DNA of 64,000 nt from Felis catus (Eukaryota): contig NC_058371.1 in NCBI RefSeq assembly GCF_018350175.1, positions 6,262,001-6,326,000 on the forward strand, written 5' to 3'. This document shows, piece after piece, positions 26,340-38,100 of the stretch. Both the position numbers and the translations under genes were made by a program. The first letter of the stretch is position 1; each line of letters begins with the position of its first letter. Below the pieces are notes generated by a model that did not search any database, was not told the DNA's origin, and was given only the letters and a program-made list of their open reading frames with translations.

Positions 26340-26510
26340 CAGAGACAGCCAGCTGGTGAGAAGTGGACTGGGGCATATGGGGAGGTCGCTTGCTGGGTAC
26401 GGGGTATACTCCCAGAATGGTTATGTTGAAATGAGAGAGAAGTGAATATGCTAAATGCCACTGAACTGTACACGTTAAAACGGTTAATTATGTATTTTGA
26501 GAATGGCAAC
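26340..26510 (+). mobile_element. Old L1 3' end fragment
   Basis: GTGAATATGCTAAATGCCACTGAACTGTACACGTTAAAACGGTTAA. Confidence 0.75.
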
Positions 26511-27268
26511 TCAATTTTTAAAAATCATCTGTGGAAAATTGCCTCATTGAGGGAGGCATTTCATCTGCGGAATACGTTTATATTTTAAAATAACTGTGGA
26601 ATCATGTAAAGCATTTCTTGATGTTAAAAGATGTGTTGGTAACAGAGGAATGGCTTATTTTGGAACAAATATTGCCTTGAAACTTTGCCAGTTCGAGTTG
26701 GTCCTTTTGGAAGACCAGACCTCCTCTGTTTTCTGGCTCCTAAGTGTTTGGGACATAAGCACCCTATATGCCCTATTAATTTGTCAAAAATTATACCATT
26801 GATAGCCCCAACTTTTTAAGCCTGATGTTTAACCTAGAAATAACTTCATTGCCACAACTATTTCATTAGCTACATGGATACATTTGTAACTTAAAATGAT
26901 GGATAATGTTTTCATGTGACAGAAAGGTTAACTAACTCGCCTTTTGTCACAGGGCTGCAGAGAGACGGAGATTGGCTTAACCCGGTTGCCTGGATTCTGT
27001 GGTGTCAGAACATTATATTGTGTAGTTGTGGAAAAAACACAAATGTTATTCTCCCTCTAGGAGAAGTCAAAACAATGTGCGTAGTAGTGAATTCTCTTAA
27101 GATGTTGTTGTTTGAGCAAATTAATTGCTCATAACTGAGACAAAGAATCTATAAACTCTGCTGAGAAAACATTTGTAATTTGATTTGTATTGTTTTCTTG
27201 TTAGCTTAAAATAGCAAAAGATTAGTAATTACTACTTTTGTTCCTCTTCTATAGGAAAGAAGAGATTT

Positions 27269-27492
27269 GAGGGCATCCTGGGTAGCTTGGTGGGTTAGGC
27301 ACCCAACTTCGTCTCAGGTCATGCTCTCACAGCTCTTGAGTTTGAGCCCCGCATTGGGCTCTGTGCTGACAGCTCAGAGCCTGGAGCCTGCTTTGGATTC
27401 TGTGTCTCCCCCTCTCTCTGCCCCTCCCCTACCCATGCTCTGTCTCTGTCTCTGTCTCTCTCAAAACTAAATAACCATAAAAAAATTTTTAA
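27269..27492 (+). mobile_element. CanSINE
   Basis: Consensus; degenerate TSD. Confidence 0.95.
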
Positions 27493-28390
27493 GGAAGAAG
27501 AGGTTTGCAAATGCTAAATATATGTTTTACACCTCCATAAACGTTTACAGCTCCCGCAGTTGGTGGGTGCAAGAATGGGTAGGGCAGAGAGCAGTACAGA
27601 TAACCCCAATCTCTTCTCAGTGATTAGAGCATGAAGTATGCTTTTGAACTATTTGACTAGATTCCCACAGGTTAAATCTGAGGCATAAGTTTCTGTCTGT
27701 CAGATTTGATTATAAGGTCATCAGTGGATATGTTGAACAACATGAAGTCTTTTATATACAAAGAATATTATTGATGTTTCCCACAAAGAAGGCCCTCTTT
27801 GTCCATACCTGCTATGTTCTTACGAGTATTGTTAGTGCTACAACTGCGTTTGGATTTACCAATTAAATATGGTAGACAGTAAGCTCTAGGGACAGGTCCA
27901 AAAACAATGACTGATTCAGCTGGCCATTTAGAATCTCCGAATACACCTAATATTACAGTAAAAAATTGTGAATGTTAATGTGTTCAACACAATCAATAAT
28001 GCTTTTAAGTGAGTTAAATCAGCTTTATGTTACAGCTGTGATTTTTGTACTGGCCGTCAGTCATTAACCATTTGGAGTCATTAATTTTTTCAAGCTCAAC
28101 CCAAAATCACTATTTCATGCCACTTTTCTCTCGCTCCCAACCTTCTCTCATCACTTGTACATTGAAATATTTCCACAGTTTTTCCTCTCTTTAAAATTGT
28201 TTTTGAGAAGTTAGTAATTGAGCGTAACTTGTTTAGTGTTTTTGCTTACTAAATGCTTTTAGAATAAGTTAATTTTTTTCTTAGCTGAAGAAAATTTTCT
28301 ATGCAAATAGGAAAACATAAGAAATTATTAGATATTAAGGAATTAATGTTAAGCGAAATTAATTTGGTTCTGGTTTGGAAAGTGACATGT

Positions 28391-28580
28391 AGGAGCCGTT
28401 GGGTGGCTCACTCAGTTATATGTCCAACTCTTGATCTCAGCCCAGCTTTGTGAGTTTGAGCCCCACATTGGGCTCTGAGCCGATGGCACAAAGCCTGCTT
28501 GGGATTCTGTCTCTCCCTCTCTCTCTGCCTCTCCCTTGCTTGTCTTCCATCTCTCTCTCAAAATAAATCAATAAAAATAA
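28391..28580 (+). mobile_element. Older CanSINE
   Basis: Diverged consensus; TSD AAAAGTGAC. Confidence 0.9.
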
Positions 28581-29198
28581 AAGTGACGTTTACTGATCAT
28601 GAGCTACAGTACTTCCGGCCACTGAATTTTCTAACTATTCTTTGGAGATTAGGAAGTCGAAGCAGTTAGTAAAAGCACCATGACCACTAGCCAGCACCAC
28701 TATGAAATAACAATATGAACTTTTTAAATTTGAAAGTGAAGAAATACAGTGCTTTCCATACATAGATACATTCATTTATGCCCAGAAACACTTTGGGGTT
28801 ATGCTTTCCTGTGTGTGTGTTGTTGTTTTTGTTTGTTTGTTTGTTTTGTTTTGTTTTTTTGTTTTTTAACAAATCAAATCCATCTACCTCACAAAGGAGT
28901 TCAAGTAATTGTACTGCTGTCACTGTTTCTCTTCTGCACTGTATTGGGGGGCGGGTCTTAGTGCAATAATGGAGCTAAAAAAAATATGCACACAGATTGG
29001 GAAAGCAGCAAATAAAACTGTTTATTCACAAAAGACATGACTGGCTACATAGAAAACATCAACAAATCTACAAAAAAGCTCCCACAACTAGTGAGTTCAG
29101 CAAGGTTATAGGGTGCAAGCTCAATATACAAAATTCAGTTGTATTTCTGTGTACTAGCAATAAACAACTGGAATCCTGATTTTTTTAATGCAATTTAT

Positions 29199-29360
29199 GG
29201 GATGCCTGGGTGACTCAGTCAGTTAAGTGTCCAACTTTGGCTCAGGTCATAATCTCACAGTCTGTGAGTTCGAGCCCCGCATTGGGCTCTGTGCTGACAG
29301 CTCAGAGCCTGCAACCTGCTTTGGATACCGTGTTTCCCTCTCTCTGCCCCATCTCTTCTG

Positions 29361-29397
<37 letters not shown>

Positions 29398-29425
29398 AAT
29401 AAACAAACATTAAATTAAAAAAAGA
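29199..29425 (+). mobile_element. CanSINE
   Basis: Consensus; TSD AATG(C/A)AATTTAT. Confidence 0.95.
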
Positions 29426-29600
29426 AATAAAATGAAATTTATATTAGCATCCACAGAAATTAAAATATTTAAATCTTGACAACATATTTGCAGGTCTATG
29501 CTGAAAACTACAAAACACTATGAAAGAAATCAAAGAAGACCTAAATAAAAAGAGATGTACTATGTTCATGAATTGGGAAAATGGATACATTTCTTGAAAA

Positions 29601-29802
29601 ATATTTGTTTATTTTAAGAGAGAGAGAGAGTGTGTGCTGTGCACAGGTGAGCAGGGGAGAGGCAGAGAGAAAGAATCCCAAGCGGGCTCCACACTGACTG
29701 GTGCAGGGCCTGACGTGAGGCTGAGTCTTAAAAACCTTGAGATCATGACCTAAGCTGAAATCAAAAGTTGGAAGCTTAACCAACTGAGCCACCCAGGTGC
29801 CT
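29601..29802 (-). mobile_element. Older CanSINE
   Basis: Diverged reverse-complement consensus. Confidence 0.9.
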
Positions 29803-29864
29803 GTGAATATGTATACTTTTTTTTTTTAATATGTATACTTTTTAAGCTGTGGGTTGGTTCTCCC

Positions 29865-30216
29865 TTCTCCTTTTTATTTCTTGAAGTATAGCTGACATAT
29901 AATGTTATATTCATTTCAGGTGTACAACAAAGTGATTCAACATTTATGTGTATTAGGAAGTGATCACCATGATAAATCTAGCCACGCTCCAGTCACTATA
30001 CAAAGTCATTACATACTAACTGTCATTCCCTATGCTGTACGTTGTATCCTTGTGCCTTCTACCCCCTTCTCCTAGTTTTCCCATCCCCTTACTCCTCTCC
30101 TCCCCCCACCCCGGCAAACCACTAGATTGTTCTCTGTATACAGAAGTCTGTTTCTGTTTTGTTTTTATTTTTAGATTCCACGTATAAACGAAATTAGATG
30201 GTATTTGTCTTTCTCT
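29865..30216 (-). mobile_element. 5'-truncated carnivore LINE-1 3' end
   Basis: GTATAGCTGACATATAATGTTATATTCATTTCAGGTGTACAACA; flanking direct repeat TTGGTTCTCCC at 29854 and 30217. Confidence 0.85.
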
Positions 30217-30773
30217 TTGGTTCTCCCCATTTTGATCTATAGATTCAACTCAGTTCCAATTACAGGCTCAGCAAGATTTTTTTTTTTTTTTTTTTTTAGA
30301 TATTGACAAGCCAGTTCTAGTTGCAAAAGCACTTTTGAAAGAGAAGAGCAAAGTTAAGTTGGATGATCACACAATAGAGGAATCTAGGTGGTAGTTAAAT
30401 GAGAACTCTCTGTACTGTAAGTCCAAAATGATCCAACCTACGTGTTTTTAAACATCCAGTATAATTTATGAGGCTTTATAATAAAAAAAAAAAAATGGCC
30501 TACCCTGCCTGCCTTGCTGTTCCCAGCCTGGATTTTCACTCCTAAATTAGCCTTCTGATATTTTGCCTACATATTTCTAAATAAAATGCTTTTCTTGCTG
30601 GTTGTTGTTGTTGTTTTTTTTTTTTAATTTACTTGGAGACTTTGACTTCCTTCTGAGGAAGATCATAGTATGCCTGCATAGCTGTCTTTTAGTATTATCC
30701 ACTCTTCTGTTCCCCAGTGTACTCAATATGGTTATGATTTTTAACATTTATTTTGCATGTAAATACACGCTGA

Positions 30774-30775
30774 TG

Positions 30776-30820
<45 letters not shown>
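30774..30820. repeat. (GC)4(AC)19 compound microsatellite
   Basis: Direct reading. Confidence 0.95.
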
Positions 30821-30824
<4 letters not shown>

Positions 30825-32841
30825 GAATGAGTATATGGGTGCTTTTTGAACTGAACCATGTAAGTTACTATGATTCATTTCTGGTAATTTTTGTTTGTTG
30901 GTTTTCCCGAGCTAATCATTGACAGTCATTTTGATTGCTTAGTTTTGTATGTACCTATCACCAACTCCCTGCAAAACTTTCTAAAAGCATTATAATTCTT
31001 CTCTCAAATACGTCTATACACCAGTTCACCTTCCAGTCTCATTTATTATTCTTGGAACACCACCCATGAACCCCTTTGTCTTCTTCCCCTTGAGACTGGT
31101 TCTCTATCGTCTATAGAGCTGCTATTATCCTGGGACTTCCATCACTGTGATCCCAGAAATTCCATTCTTACTTGGTTTGATCCATGTTTACAAGCTAGAG
31201 GATTTTATCAAATGGGTACAAAGTCATGTTCAGTTATGAGGCACTGAAAAGCTGATTGAAACTCTGCCTGCCTGAGTGGCTCATAGGCGATTAGATGTGA
31301 ATGGAGGTGCTTGAGGTGCGAGCGTTGGTATTTGTGTCTTTTTTCCCTGGGTTGATTAGCGTACAGGAAAGCATGGCTGGTGTCCTGCCGTCCTGCCTGC
31401 CTGAGGGGTTCTGTGCCGGCACCCCGGGGGTGGGGGGGACAGGGGCAGGGGTGTGGGGGTGGGGGTGTGGGGGTGGAGGGCTGGAGAGGTCTCCCCTATG
31501 CTTTCCACCACTGCTCTCACACAGCCTGTGGGACTTGGCTTTTCTGTTGTTCCAGCAGAGGGTGGGCTAGGGGGTAGGAGGTTTCTCCTGTTTACCCTGT
31601 TCGACGCCCCATTTTCAGAGGCATCCACTGCCACCAGTTTCTTTGCCTTTCAGGGAGTGTGTGGAGGGACTTTGGTGCTTCCTCTTGACCTCCTTTTCCA
31701 GACACTTAAGTCCTAACTTTCTTTGTCCTTCTCAGTCATTTGTCATTTATGTATCTGCTTTGCAGCTTCCAAGATATCACCCTGTTTTATCTGCTGTGGA
31801 CTCTTGTCTCACTATTTTTAATTCCATCCTTTTATGTGGAATATTGGGAGGTTTTGAAGGTAAAGATGTGCTCATTTTGCTGTGTGTGAACCCTAAGCTG
31901 GTCTCATTGTCTTCCTTGCACATGATGCTCTGATTGACTTGCTTTTACTATCGATACCATTTTCTGGCTTGGGTTCACCGTAGCTCCACCGACTCGCACT
32001 GTTCAAATAGAATGATTAGATTTATATAAAATGAGAGAAGACCATTTGTGTTTTGCCTGGTGTGGAATGATCTGCATGGTCACACCTCCATTGTGGAAAG
32101 TTGTCTCATCAGTAGCTATGAATCTAATAATAAAGCAAGAAAGCACCTCCCATTTAAATTCACCAACAGGGTTCAAGTTTTATGAATGACAGTTCTAAAA
32201 TGTAAAAATAGTAGATTCATTTGCAGTGGATGTTGAAATAAGTCGGCCCTCGTTTTAAGGGCTTTAAGCACAGGATTTGATCCTCTGTGTTTATGCAACA
32301 CAATTTCTTACTTTAGTTTAGCCTCTCAATTATTTTTATCCTATCTCATATATGATGAGAAATAATGTTGGGTTCACCTTTTAGTTCACTTACAGCCTTA
32401 ACTTTAAGTAGATTTTCCCAATATTGGACATTCTACTAAGGTAAAGATAAGTTTGGCTAATGAAAGAACTGAAACAAAAAGCTTGCACTGTACTTCTGAT
32501 TTAATGATTTCATTGCAATCAAATTAGTTGTTTTCTGCTATCTCTGTTCAATATTAATTCCTGGGATGCCTACATAAATTAAATATATTAATTCACTTAC
32601 CAAAATTCTGTAAATGCCTTCTGGTTTTGTTTTCATGTCATTTAGAAAGGGACAAACTCAGAACATAAATTTTCTTTTATGAGGTTAAATTCAATTAACA
32701 TTTTAATGTGGACTACATCTGAACTCAAATGCCACATGCATTTTTAAGACTGGTTCCTTGGATTCTCTCTCACTGGTACCCTTTCAGTATACTAATTCTT
32801 TCACATTGCCTCATGTCTGAAATGAACCTGATCTTGAAACT

Positions 32842-33064
32842 GTTTTTTAATGTTTATTTATTTTTGGAGAAAGAGAGCGAGAGTGAGAGAACAAGCAGGG
32901 GAGGGGCAGAGAGAGAGAGAGAGAGGGAGACGTAGAATCTGAAGCAGGCTTCAGGCTCTGACCGTCAGTGCAGAGCCCAAAGTGGGGCTCAAACCCATGA
33001 AATTTTGGGATCATGACCTGAGCTGAAGTCAGATGCCTAACCAACTGAACCCCCCAGGCGCCCC
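32842..33064 (-). mobile_element. CanSINE with TSD
   Basis: TSD TGATCTTGAAACT at 32829-32841 and 33065-33077. Confidence 0.96.
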
Positions 33065-33269
33065 TGATCTTGAAACTTTGCATGTTATTTCCTGGGCTAA
33101 TCTCAGATGTGTAGGGAAGGACACACATGTCAGTGTATCTCTATAAATGATGCCATACACTGACTGATGAAAGTAAGGTAAACACTGTGTTAATTCAATG
33201 TTTTAGCCACCTCTAAAGAGCCAGGTAGAAACATGATTTCAGAGTACCATTTTTCTCATATCTTCTGAA

Positions 33270-33270
<1 letters not shown>

Positions 33271-33303
<33 letters not shown>
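33271..33303. repeat. (AC)16 microsatellite
   Basis: Direct reading. Confidence 0.97.
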
Positions 33304-33304
<1 letters not shown>

Positions 33305-33669
33305 TTATGTTGGTTAGCCAACAGAAATCAAGGGAAAACAAAGACTTAACTGGCATAATGCTGGTGTATACACAGATCCAAGTGTATGTGGAGCAGAGTC
33401 TCTGAGAACACAACCCATTACTTGCTCTCTCTAATGAAGGCACATTTCCCCGCGTTATACTCCATTCCCATCCTGTTATCTGGGGCCCAACACCGTCAGA
33501 GCTCTTTCTCTTGCCTCTTATGATTGTGTCCGGCTTCTCCCAGCCAGCAGTCCTTCCGCCATATGCAAATGCCCCTGCATGCACACGGATGGAAGCAGGG
33601 TCCAACTCTATTTTCTTACCATTTCTTCCAAAGCACCCTTTAGCCAAAAAAAGAACCCTCTTTAATCCT

Positions 33670-33990
33670 GCCATGGCACGTGAAATTTCTCTCCGTGCTG
33701 GAATGCCCTCTCCCTTCCCACTGTGTCTCTCTTTGCCTGATGAAGACCCCGTTTAAAATGTCACCTCATCCGTGGACCCTTCCTTGATTCTCCTAGACTG
33801 AGTTAGTTTGCCTCCTTCTATAGGTTCCCACAGAACTGTTTTGAGAAACCACCATTTGTGGTTTGCCTTCATGCCTCCTGCCAGAGAGTGAACTCCTCTG
33901 GGACAGGATTTGTGTTTTCGGGACCTTAGCATGGGTTCTAATTCACAGTAGGCTCTCAGTCAGTTGTTCCCAGATGAATGGATAGTGAGC
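33670..33990 (+). mobile_element. L2 3' end
   Basis: GGAATGCCCTCTCC, AAATGTCACCTC, CCTTCCTTGA and CACAGTAGGCTCTCAG motifs. Confidence 0.7.
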
Positions 33991-34912
33991 TGAAGAAAGC
34001 AGTTGTTACGTAAATAAATGTGTCTGTTTAAAGTAAGATCCAGCCCAGTGTTCAGAATTATCATTTGGGTTCTGTATCTTGTTATTGTCTTTATTCCACT
34101 AGCATGCTCACTTTTTCTTGGAAATGAAATATTGCTGACTCACGTTGGAAAAGTACTAGCTTTATTTTATGAAAAGAAAATATTTAAGACCGATATCCCG
34201 TAGATGGGTCTGAACCTTAGAAACTACCAAACAGGAAGACTCCCTCCTCATCCCCAGTAATTTGGCAAAAAGAACTTAAGCTTTATGTAGCAACTCTCGT
34301 AAAAAGAGTGAATTCACTGAATGTAAGAAATGAAAATTGCAGATAAAAAATAAACGTGGGATATGTAATTCAGTTTGATTATTTTTGTTAGAAAATTCTA
34401 TTGGTTCATAGAAATAGTAACAGATTTTCAGGGAATTGGTTCATCAAGTAGAGAAGACTACAGAATCTTGAACATTACTGAATTAAAAACAAAAACATTG
34501 TTTTGATCATTTAAAATATGTGGGTTCAAATAACAATAATAAATATTAATAATAATGAAAACTTGTTTATGAGACATTTTATCCTTCCAGAGTCTGGGAA
34601 GGATTTTCAAGTGCTTTAGGAGAACTTCTGAAAATACTCATCCATGTTAGAAACAAAGTCACATGCCAAGAGGGGTCGCATTTTGAATTTAAGCTTCTGA
34701 CCTATCTTTTCCTAATAAATGTTTTTTTTTTTATTAATAAAATCCTGGAATATTTACTGAGGATTTCCTATAGTGACTCCTTAAATTGGAAACTTGGAAT
34801 TCCTAAAAAAGTAATTCATATGTTTGTTCTTGGGGTAATGTTTAGTATTTGGCCTCCGTAGGATAATAACCCAGATTTCTAATCATGGTGAGACTTTTTT
34901 CTTAAACAAGCA

Positions 34913-34918
34913 TTTATT
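34913..34918 (-). terminator. Candidate distal polyadenylation signal AATAAA for ANGPT2
   Basis: TTTATT on +; about 200 nt beyond MCPH1 exon 12, similar to my recollection of the human transcript end. Other AATAAA hexamers at 35049, 35207, 35274 and 35347. Confidence 0.5.
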
Positions 34919-35112
34919 ATTCATAAGATCGATGCAACATGGAGATTCTGATGGCACTTTGGTGTTTAAGACACATCTGGTTCAGATCTATGGAGAGCAC
35001 ATTCACTGCTGGGCTTTTTGTTTTGTTTTGGCTACATCTTCAAAGTGGTTTATTGTCTATCAAGAGCCTAATGAATCTATAATAAATGTTGTGCTTATTG
35101 TGTCACTTGTAG

Positions 35113-35190
35113 GTACTGTGGTCTTTGGAGCTGGGTCATTGGATTTCCGAGGAACCGTTTGAACTTTCTAACTACTTCCCCGCAGCTCCT
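35113..35190 (+). CDS. MCPH1: Microcephalin coding exon (exon 12 equivalent), end of BRCT2 and linker
   Basis: TAG at 35110-35112 and GTAAGT at 35191; 78 nt, phase 0-0; [26 protein letters not shown]. Confidence 0.97.
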
Positions 35191-37612
35191 GTAAGTCATA
35201 TGTTATTTTATTATGGTGAATACAATTTGGTATTCTCAGGAAATTATTATTTGCATAAATACAGACTCAGATGTTTATTAAATTGAGATCAATTATGCTC
35301 ACAATTAAAAACACATTTTCATAGAACTTAACACTTTTTTAATCTATTTATTTGTGAGAACAAATGTGGGAATGTGAGAACATTCTGCAAGAAATTGTGA
35401 GGAATGAAATCTCAAAGAATTTTAATTATAAAAGTCCTCAGAATTGAGAAAAACAAAATGAAAAAGGACTAGGTTCTTGAGAAGGTGGTATGATATATTG
35501 TTTACTGCTTTAAAAAATAATGCTGTTACTGCTCATAGAGATAGAAGTGATAGGTATAAAAGTTGTGGCCAGCTAGCAACATGATACAGTCCTTTTGTTT
35601 CCGATGCTTTTCCTAAACACAACTTCAACTTCACTGAATTTTAAATTATAAGTACTTCAAATGCTTAATGGAGATTCTAATTTTTTTAAAAGATTAAGTG
35701 ATAATTAAGTAGGCAATTTCACTTTTAATTGGAAGCAGGATCGTGTAGATGTTGGCTTTCATTTGCAAAAAAGTTAACTGGTTTGTGACAGACTTTAATC
35801 TTTTGGAAGATTAATACCTGAAAGATGAACGGTGATTTTAATATGTGACTGGGGCTGGCATTGTTCATTGTTTGAGTATGCCTAGGACTCTCGTATAATA
35901 GGAGGTTGGACTCTGCCTTCTCATCATTGTAGTTTTCTAGGGTGTTGGGTTGCTTTTGTTTTCATTTTTAAGATCATTGTTTTGATATCCTCAACTTTAT
36001 AAATATTTTCTTAAGGAGAGAAGAAATTCCTCTCAGCAAGACTCTGTTTGAAATACCGTGTAAGGAACTGAAGTGTAAAGACACAAATCCCCCCTACTCT
36101 TTGTCATAAGAGAGTATATGTAACTCTGAACAACAGAGTGAGGCTTGTCTTTGAAATGCATTTTACCTGCCTGCATGGGCACGTGATATAAATTAAGTAC
36201 GTGGTTGCCAATTTTTCCTGTAATGTCATTCCCCACCTCAGTGTCTGCCATGTGGTCCTTGAGATAATCACAGAAACTTAGGGTTTCTTTTGAAGTGGAG
36301 CTGTCATCCTATTAACAGATATTTTTTTTAACTTGATACAAAGCTATGATACCTCTGTTGAACTTATAAAGCCTACTTAAATGTAATAAGACAAACTGTT
36401 CAAAGATGGGGAGGTTCTTCACTCAGTGTATGTGTGGGAAATAGTGTAAAGTGTGTAAAGTACAGTGAGACAGTGGAAAATGTGACATGCTGGACTCTTC
36501 TGGAGTCCATAAATTGACTCAAAACATGTAGCATGTGTTTTAAAATGTAGTTGGGGTGGGGGCATATGGGGTAAAATAAATTACATAAGAAAAATGGAAT
36601 AAAGGAAAAAACAGAATGGTGGAACAGTGTATGGTGAAGAAAGACATGAGGTAAATGCTGGTTTCGAATTTGGCTCTAAGCTTCCTAGCAGCAGCTGACT
36701 CCGAGGCAAATATGTGAGAAGTTGCTTCCAAATTATAAAGCATTCCACGATGTACATTAGTGTTAATTGGACTATGAAAACTTCAAACGGAGTTAAAACT
36801 TGAGGGGTTTAAAGTTTTGCAGCCCTTAAATCCGTGCTCTCAAAATTTTCTGTAAAGATCTGAATCTACTCTAAATGTCAGATTTTTGTTTTGCACTCCA
36901 AAACAGTTACTTTTTTTTAAGTTTGCTGGTCGACATTAAAAAAAAAATGTTACTAATGCAAATTATTTTTACTAATAAAATGTTACTAGTGCAAATATCT
37001 TTAGGGGTGAAACTAGCTTGAAAAGTATAGCCTCATAAGTGCTTTAAATAGAAAGGTTTTCTCAACCACACACTAAATTGTAGCCTACCTCTCTAAAATA
37101 CGTCTGACTGGAAGAGAAAAAAAAAAAGACTTCTGTAATAGAGTAGCGAGGAAAGTATAGTAAAATCTGTCAGGGAATTAAATGCATAATCTTCATCATT
37201 AAAAAAATCAAATTTTTCCTTGTTGCGAGGCACAGTCAGTTTCAGAATCAAATTACAAAGTTGAAAATATTATCATAAATGTTCAATGTAGTTATCTAAT
37301 AAGTTATATTTAATTACTAAAAATACCTTCATATTTAACAGCCAGAAAAAAAAAAAGTACAATCTTCATATAAACTGAAAGGACACACATTTCTATTAAT
37401 TTCAGAGATCTGGGAGGTTTCATCTTTAAAACTTGAAATATATATCTGAACATTAACTTAAAAGTGTGCTGTCCACACATATGTAAATATGCTGTTTTCA
37501 AAATGAAAGTTTAAAGCACCTAAGAGGAGCAAACAATGCGTTAGCTGTTTTTCCTTGTCCAAATAAGCTGCAAATAAGCACTTCCCAGAATGTCCCTGAA
37601 TATATAATATAT

Positions 37613-37649
37613 TTTAATGGCTTAGAGAATTTTTTTTCTTTCTTTTAAT
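37613..37649 (-). terminator. Candidate proximal polyadenylation signals (two ATTAAA) for short ANGPT2 mRNAs
   Basis: TTTAAT on + at 37613-37618 and 37644-37649, about 450-490 nt after the stop codon. Confidence 0.35.
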
Positions 37650-37761
37650 TATGGTAGTGATGCTGAACTCGGGACATATGGATATTTATACAATCTATAA
37701 ACAGTACTTAGAAGGACGCAGTTCCAAGGTTATCTGTACTGCGTAGCGTGAGAGTTCTGTT

Positions 37762-37769
37762 TTCCAGTT
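37762..37769 (-). promoter_or_regulatory. miR-145-5p 8mer seed match (AACTGGAA) in the ANGPT2 3' UTR
   Basis: TTCCAGTT on +; lies in a block resembling the human UTR. Confidence 0.5.
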
Positions 37770-38100
37770 ATTTACGGATGAACTCGACACAACATTCTTG
37801 GTTGTGACAACAGCGTCTGTGAATTGTCAGTCCTAAATTCGCAGGCCTCACTCTATCTTCCCATAGGCGTTCCAACAGGTCACCGTAACCAGGGTTGTGC
37901 TCAGGGTTCACGAGTGATGCGGGTCTAAGCGAGGAGGTGCGAGGGACTCGGGGCCGGAGCCCGTGGACCCCTGTGCACCGAGCGCGTGCTGTCCGTCTCG
38001 AGATGGTAGAGGAGACAGCATGCGGATGCGTCTTTGAGAGCTCCGGGATTAAGTCTTTGAAAATCGCACAGCCCGTCCCTCCTCAGGCGCGTGCGGGCAT

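Larger units (their letters stand above)
28920..30430 (+). mobile_element. Old LINE-1 ORF2 remnant carrying nested insertions
   Basis: RT-region motifs (TACATAGAAAACATCAACAAATCTACAAAAAAGCT; GAAAGAAATCAAAGAAGACCTAAATAAA). Confidence 0.8.
34895..38100 (-). other. ANGPT2: Probable long 3' UTR of ANGPT2
   Basis: Follows the stop codon; the proximal part resembles the human ANGPT2 UTR as recalled (e.g. GTCACAACCAAGAATGTT, GTAAATAACTGGAAAACAGAA); AT-rich and SINE-free. The distal end is inferred from a minus-strand AATAAA. Confidence 0.6.

Noticed and set aside
36944-36997. Short direct duplication AAAATGTTACTA(A/G)TGCAAAT, and TAACGATAAT twice at 58429-58453
   Set aside because: Ordinary micro-duplications in AT-rich DNA with no further structure.
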